Shown: piece after piece, positions 23,218-28,335 of the stretch
Numbering within the stretch: position 1 is the first letter of the stretch
Layout of the letters: each line of letters opens with the position of its first letter
Source of the DNA: a virus
Lineage: Duplodnaviria; Caudoviricetes
IMG/VR virus record: IMGVR_UViG_3300014656_006070
Location: 1 to 28,335 of that record
DNA length: 28,335 bases
Direction: 5' to 3' (one strand)
Program-made: the position numbers and the translations under genes
Notes under the pieces: generated by a model
Told to the model about the DNA's origin: nothing
Databases searched by the model: none
What the model saw: only the letters and a program-made list of their open reading frames with translations

Positions 23218-23634
23218 ATGAATGAACGTTCAAAATACAACCCCCTCGAAGACGGAAAAGAAAACACACTCCGCCCTTGTTATGGCGCCAACTACGAAGC
23301 AATTCAAATGCTACGTTTGAAGTATACCGGCACTTCTCACGAGGAAAAAACAGAGATCATCAAAGAATTTAAGCTGGATCTCGAAGACGATAAGGACGAA
23401 ATTGGAGTTAAGGAATATTACGAACAGCTTTGCCCCCTTATATTTTTAGAAGCCGCTGATTTTAATTTTGCCAAAATTAACATTGAAGAGGTTAACCGGG
23501 CGTACAAGGATTTTTTTTCTTTTACCGAAAGCAGTACGCCGCTTTCCTCAATAGAGTTGCTGTCATTACTGAAAAGCCTTCCCCTCCAGCAAATAATGAC
23601 TCCACAAAATCAAATGAATACTCCAGGGAGTTAA
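23218..23634 (+). CDS. Tail assembly chaperone (G-like)
   Basis: Acidic 138-aa ORF upstream of the tape measure, containing a T8 slippery run. Confidence 0.75.
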   Translation: MNERSKYNPLEDGKENTLRPCYGANYEAIQMLRLKYTGTSHEEKTEIIKEFKLDLEDDKDEIGVKEYYEQLCPLIFLEAADFNFAKINIEEVNRAYKDFFSFTESSTPLSSIELLSLLKSLPLQQIMTPQNQMNTPGS

Positions 23635-23792
23635 CCGAATACAAAGCGAGGGTATATAGTACAATGCCAACCATTAAGTACTACATATTAAAAGCCGCTC
23701 GCAGTCCGCAAGATTATTTCTATTTATACAACCAGGTTGAAGTAAAAGACCTGGCTCCATTTGTAATAAAAGCATTCCTGGAGGTTGAATAA
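23218..23792 (+). CDS. Frameshifted tail assembly chaperone (GT-like, about 191 aa)
   Basis: GAT TTT TTT TCT at 23509-23520; the -1 frame is open from 23517 to TAA 23790-23792, which overlaps the tape-measure ATG. Confidence 0.8.
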
Positions 23793-26446
23793 TGTCAGAA
23801 GCCATAATTATAGATCTTATACTTAACGGTAAGCCCGCCAAATTAGAATTGAAAGATGTTGATAAATTAATGAATGCCATTTACGGCGGTTCCAACCGTG
23901 TAACTGACAGCATGAGCAAATGGGGTAATGTTGTTACCGGTTTTAACCAGGGACTTGAAGCAACAAAAAAATTGTTTAATGTAATCTCTCAACCTCTTAA
24001 AGATGCTGGACAGTTTGAACAATACGAAGCTCAATTACGCGTAATGTTGGGCTCTGCCAGCCTTGCAAAAAAACGTCTTCAGGAACTTGTGGAATTTGCC
24101 GCCACCACTCCATTTGAATTGCCTGAAGTTGTGGATCTCGGTCTTAAACTTCAATCTATTGGTAAATACAGTAAAGAAATGATGAGGGATTTGGGCGACC
24201 TTGCCGCCGCTTCTGGTAAATCAATAGAACAGGTATTTAACGCCTACGCAAAGCTGGCAACGGGTCAAATTGGCGAAGCAAAAAACATGTTCCGGGATGT
24301 TCTCATTTCAGATGACGATTGGAAGAAAGCATTAAACGAAAAAGGACTGGCAGCAACCGCCGAAAACATGATGCAAGTCTTCAGTGATGTAATATCACAA
24401 AAGGGTTTTAGTGGAATGATGGATGAACAATCCAAAACCTTAAATGGCATGGTAAGCAATTTCCAGGACGCTTTAGGTCAACTCTCAACCGAGGCGGGAG
24501 AAAAGATTTTACCAATAGCAAAAGACATACTTGATATTCTTATTCCCGCGATTAATGGCGTAAGGGAAAACATGGATGATATCATCCCGATTATTAAAAC
24601 AGTCGCCCTGATAACCGCCGCCTGGACGGTTGCCATATATGGAGCTGAAGCGGCGTTAAAAGCCAAAGCCATTGCTACGGCACTTGCCAGTAATGCCACC
24701 GCAATTTTTAATAAAGTATTGGCTGCAAATCCAATATTATTGGTTGTTGCTGGATTGGTAACGGCGATCGCTTTACTGGATCAATTCACAAGCGTATTAG
24801 ACACTTCTACAGATAAATTAAAAGACAATATCAAGCAGCAACAAAAAGAAATTAGTAGTAGAAGAGAGCTGTTAGATGAGCAGATAAAAAATATCGAAAC
24901 AAGAAAAAAAGAAGCTATTGGGCTTGGTGAATCAACTGAAGAGTTAAGGAAATATGACGATAAAATACAAGAATTAATTAAGAGCAAAAAGGAGTTAGCT
25001 AGAACAGAATCCCTGCTAAAAATTCAAGAAACAGCAGTAACCTATGCCGAATCTTTAACAGACAATCTTATGAATTTGTGGGGTTGGACTGAAAAGCTGG
25101 GTTTTGAATTAGACACAACCGAAAAAAGGCTGGCAAACTCCCAGATGTCCATTATGATGGATCAAACCAGATCTTTGGAAAGCAGGTTGTTATATGTTGA
25201 TGAATTACTTAAAAAGGCCTCAGGCAGAGAAGTTGTTTATTTAACGAATTACAAAACTGCTCTTTTAGCCATGCAGACACTTGAAATTGAAACTTCAATA
25301 GAGTCTAATAAAGCAACCGGCAAACGGGTTGAAACAGTGTCATTACTGAAGGATGAAATTAAAAATTTAACGCTGGAGCTTGAAGCAACGGCATTAACAG
25401 ACAAAAAAAGAATAGCCTATCTTCAACAGGAAATTACGCTCCGAAAAGAGAAGGTAAATTTGATTACTTCAGGCACCAAAGCGGGTAAGCCGGATAAAAC
25501 AGAAAAAGTATCATTCGATATTGAGCCCCTGGATGACAGCGACATTACGGGAATAAACGAAGGGGTAATGCAAAGAATAGCTGCTTCTCAAAAACTTAAC
25601 CAGGCTAAGGTTGATTTCTTTAACCAGGAAAAAGAACGAAACCAAGAGCTTGCATTTCAGAACGAATTGAAGCTGGATTCGGGTGACGAACTGATAAACA
25701 GAGAAATTGAAGCACTGCTTACCCGCTCCTCTATATTGGATGATTTAAGAAACGCCGAAACAGAAGCAGATTATCAAAAATATCTTCATGACCTTGAGTT
25801 GCATGAACAAAAAATGGCGTTGATTGAAGCTGAAGAGCAGGCAAGAGAACAAAAAGCTTTAGCTGGTGTTCAGGCGGGGCAAGCTGAATACCGTGGTCTG
25901 GAAAATATTCATAAATCGATTATGGCTTTGGTAGTTAAAACCATAAAAGCCTATGCCGCTGAAGCCGCCGCCGCCGAGATAAAGAAGGTTATAGCTACCG
26001 CAATGATTCCTTTCCCGTTTGATGTGATTTTAGCCGGTGCCGCTGGGTTGGCTGTTGAGGCTATGTTCGATCCGTTAATGCCAAAGTTTGAGCGTGGAGC
26101 TGTAAATATTGGCGGTCTTCGTCATTCACAGGGCGGAGTACTTGCCGAAATAGAACAGGGTGAATCTGTAATTAACAGAACAGGTACCCGGAACAATGCC
26201 GGGCTATTGAGCAAGATGAACCAGGGAGCCATTTATAACGAGCTTTCCCCCGGTATGGTAATGGCTATGGAAAGAAGTTTCTCGGGCGGCGCCTCGTTCC
26301 CTACTGAAGGTTTTGATAAAATAGTTGGTGCTATAAATAACCAGACTAACCGCCTGGAAGCCCTTGAGCGGAGAATAGATTTTAATTATGACGGCTTTGA
26401 TAGCGGTTACGATAACTTTAAGAAAAAGAGGGATTACACGGGATAA
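23792..26446 (+). CDS. Tail tape measure protein
   Basis: 884 aa; N-terminal FEQYEAQLRVMLGS...FAATTPFELPEV domain, hydrophobic ANPILLVVAG segment, long coiled coils, C-terminal HSQGGVLAEIEQGESVINR. Confidence 0.93.
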   Translation: MSEAIIIDLILNGKPAKLELKDVDKLMNAIYGGSNRVTDSMSKWGNVVTGFNQGLEATKKLFNVISQPLKDAGQFEQYEAQLRVMLGSASLAKKRLQELVEFAATTPFELPEVVDLGLKLQSIGKYSKEMMRDLGDLAAASGKSIEQVFNAYAKLATGQIGEAKNMFRDVLISDDDWKKALNEKGLAATAENMMQVFSDVISQKGFSGMMDEQSKTLNGMVSNFQDALGQLSTEAGEKILPIAKDILDILIPAINGVRENMDDIIPIIKTVALITAAWTVAIYGAEAALKAKAIATALASNATAIFNKVLAANPILLVVAGLVTAIALLDQFTSVLDTSTDKLKDNIKQQQKEISSRRELLDEQIKNIETRKKEAIGLGESTEELRKYDDKIQELIKSKKELARTESLLKIQETAVTYAESLTDNLMNLWGWTEKLGFELDTTEKRLANSQMSIMMDQTRSLESRLLYVDELLKKASGREVVYLTNYKTALLAMQTLEIETSIESNKATGKRVETVSLLKDEIKNLTLELEATALTDKKRIAYLQQEITLRKEKVNLITSGTKAGKPDKTEKVSFDIEPLDDSDITGINEGVMQRIAASQKLNQAKVDFFNQEKERNQELAFQNELKLDSGDELINREIEALLTRSSILDDLRNAETEADYQKYLHDLELHEQKMALIEAEEQAREQKALAGVQAGQAEYRGLENIHKSIMALVVKTIKAYAAEAAAAEIKKVIATAMIPFPFDVILAGAAGLAVEAMFDPLMPKFERGAVNIGGLRHSQGGVLAEIEQGESVINRTGTRNNAGLLSKMNQGAIYNELSPGMVMAMERSFSGGASFPTEGFDKIVGAINNQTNRLEALERRIDFNYDGFDSGYDNFKKKRDYTG

Positions 26447-28335
26447 TGGCATTTACTAAATTTGTACAAACAGCAGACCACGAGAGCGCCGACGGTAACA
26501 CTTACAAGATCGAGTTATTCATTGATTCCGGTTCACCCCCTACTTTGCGGACGCTGGATTTTAAGGGATTACCTACTATTACAACGGGCAAAAGCAGCAC
26601 AAAAACCAAGTTCGATTTTATCAAATCGAGCAAGGCAGAAATTGTATTCCATGACCAGGACCGCTGGCTTTATGATATACTTGTGGATAGTGACGATCTT
26701 ATTCTTAAAGGAATCATTTATCAAAATTCTACTGCCATTTTTACGGGACTGGTAACCGCCCAACTACAAAAAACACCTTTTACAGAGTCATTGAATCTGG
26801 TTACCGTAACCATTTACGACGGAATAACCAGGCTAAAAGAATATGACGATATCACAGCCTTACCGAGCGGGAAAGCCTCATTAACCGATATATTTCGCGG
26901 TATACTCGACTCATTAGGCTATTACCTATACATTGATGTTTACATGAATGTATATCCTTATCCTTCAAGTGGCAGCAAAGCGCCCGATTTAATAGGCATA
27001 GAACTTGCTGATTTTTTCGCCATAAAAGAGGATCTTACCTATTACGATATACTGGAGTACATTTGCAAAACCTTGCAGTTCAGCTTCTTTCAGGAAAATA
27101 ATGTATGGGTTTTCCAACATCTCACATCAATGGCCGGTTCGCCAAAGAAAACCCGGATAGATCTCGCGGGATCTACAACTTACAGTACTAGCAGCGTTGA
27201 AACTACGTTCGCCCTTGAGGATGTTGCTTACAGGCCGCCAAAGTTTAATGTACCCAAAATCGATACTATTTTGATAAAGGTTCCCGCCGTGGATGCCGGT
27301 AATTATAAGCAGGAAAGCATTAAGAGGCGTGAAAATCTGCTATGGTTGAATCCATTATTTAAGGAAGGATCTACCGGCTGGACGGTGTCGGGTACCGCGA
27401 CATTCAAAACAAATAGTGTTCAGGTTCAACCAGGAAGTCTTGTATTTCAAATGTCGGAGGCAATTGATTCCGGTCAAAAAGTGGAAGTGCTCCTAAATGC
27501 AACAATGATTCATTACATGATTGATGATAAAGACGCCGTTTTTTGGACGCCTCTTTTTTCCATTTGGTGTTACGAAGATACCGATCCCTTATCGGTTGCC
27601 CGTTACTGGAATTTTAGCACTCAAACGTGGGAGGTTTTTTACGACCCCAATGTGATTTATTATGCCGGGTCCATTGATCCCAGACGGGAAGATCCGAGCG
27701 GTGCATATATAGAGGAGTATGTAAGTAGGAATTTTGAGGTAACGGCGGAGTTCACAATACCGGCTTTCCCAACGGTACAAAGGGGACGGATTGAAGTCCA
27801 TTTGGCGGGCGGAGCTACCCCGAACCAGACGAAACCATTCAATATATCGGCTCAACATAACTACGCCATATTACGGTTAAAGTACACCAACGATGTTGAA
27901 AAAGTAGCTCCTCAATACTTGCGTGTGGAGGCATCAACGAGCGCGAGCATGAATAAGGTTCAGGAAATAGAGATACCATTCCACGACGAAGACGCCTATG
28001 TAAGGTTGCACTTTTGGAACATGTACAACTCGTTGAAGACGGTTAATTGGTACCCGGATATAGCGCCGTTGCTGGATAGACTTTCGATCGATACTCTTAG
28101 GTTCAATTACGATACAAAGAACGGATTGGATCTCGTTTACTTGCATACAAAGGAAATGAAAATGATCAATTTGCACCGGTCTAGTATAGCGGGCGACGGT
28201 ACATTAAATTATTTGCCGGTGTTCAAAGAGTGGGATTTGTTGAAGGGCCGGAGGCGGTTCATATTAATTGAGCATAACAAAAACACTTCGATAACGGTAA
28301 ATTCTGATATGGAATATGTATTTAGCGACGAATAA
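26446..28335 (+). CDS. Tail tip / baseplate-hub-like structural protein
   Basis: 629 aa, TAATG-coupled to the tape measure; YKIELF, IKSSKAEIVF, IYDGITRLKE, YYDILEYICKTL...FQENNVWVF patterns. Confidence 0.65.
   Translation: MAFTKFVQTADHESADGNTYKIELFIDSGSPPTLRTLDFKGLPTITTGKSSTKTKFDFIKSSKAEIVFHDQDRWLYDILVDSDDLILKGIIYQNSTAIFTGLVTAQLQKTPFTESLNLVTVTIYDGITRLKEYDDITALPSGKASLTDIFRGILDSLGYYLYIDVYMNVYPYPSSGSKAPDLIGIELADFFAIKEDLTYYDILEYICKTLQFSFFQENNVWVFQHLTSMAGSPKKTRIDLAGSTTYSTSSVETTFALEDVAYRPPKFNVPKIDTILIKVPAVDAGNYKQESIKRRENLLWLNPLFKEGSTGWTVSGTATFKTNSVQVQPGSLVFQMSEAIDSGQKVEVLLNATMIHYMIDDKDAVFWTPLFSIWCYEDTDPLSVARYWNFSTQTWEVFYDPNVIYYAGSIDPRREDPSGAYIEEYVSRNFEVTAEFTIPAFPTVQRGRIEVHLAGGATPNQTKPFNISAQHNYAILRLKYTNDVEKVAPQYLRVEASTSASMNKVQEIEIPFHDEDAYVRLHFWNMYNSLKTVNWYPDIAPLLDRLSIDTLRFNYDTKNGLDLVYLHTKEMKMINLHRSSIAGDGTLNYLPVFKEWDLLKGRRRFILIEHNKNTSITVNSDMEYVFSDE

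Larger units (their letters stand above)
1..28335. mobile_element. Mu-like transposable phage/prophage, partial (no ends visible; likely siphovirus-type tail)
   Basis: DDE transposase, AAA ATPase, GemA, DUF3164-like gene, Mu-type portal/protease/gpG/gp36/gp37-like genes, capsid, lysis genes and tape measure in one contiguous block; no integrase or sheath seen. Confidence 0.95.

Noticed and set aside
1142-28176. Numerous 60-140 aa antisense or alternate-frame ORFs overlapping the called genes
   Set aside because: No recognisable motifs or RBS; expected shadow ORFs of well-supported genes
1-28335. Diversity-generating retroelement, invertible tail-fibre segment, mom, tRNA or rRNA genes, phage TG...CA ends
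   Set aside because: No reverse transcriptase, invertase, template/variable repeat pair, RNA gene or end repeats recognisable in this window; they could lie outside it

Overview
The window is almost entirely a Mu-like transposable phage or prophage, probably with a non-contractile tail because no sheath gene is visible. The host is plausibly in the FCB group, which is an inference from promoter and protein style. Neither phage end is in the window. From left to right: a possible moron and a CI-like repressor (minus strand); a divergent operator/promoter region; and a long plus-strand early operon with Cro/Ner-like, CII-like, LuxR-HTH, DUF3102-like, GemA, ASCH, DDE transposase, DUF3164, AAA ATPase, Zn-ribbon, HNH and small accessory genes, plus a displaced gpF-like head protein. 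Next is a minus-strand packaging/neck operon (small and large terminase, portal, gpG-, gp36- and gp37-like). It diverges, around a perfect 26-bp palindrome, from a plus-strand operon: protease/scaffold, capsid, lysis genes, two paralogous tail-tube-like genes, a tail chaperone with a clear -1 frameshift, tape measure and a tail-tip protein. The most unusual unexplained signal is 14 intergenic arrays of 7-nt period. They fall into several sequence families that share an AG every 7 nt, often supply the upstream stop codon, and run into the next ribosome-binding site. Other highlights are clamp-binding-like C-termini on four early proteins, an attC-like hairpin, and a signal-peptide protein directly after the capsid gene. 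All family assignments come from motif recognition by eye, not from database searches.
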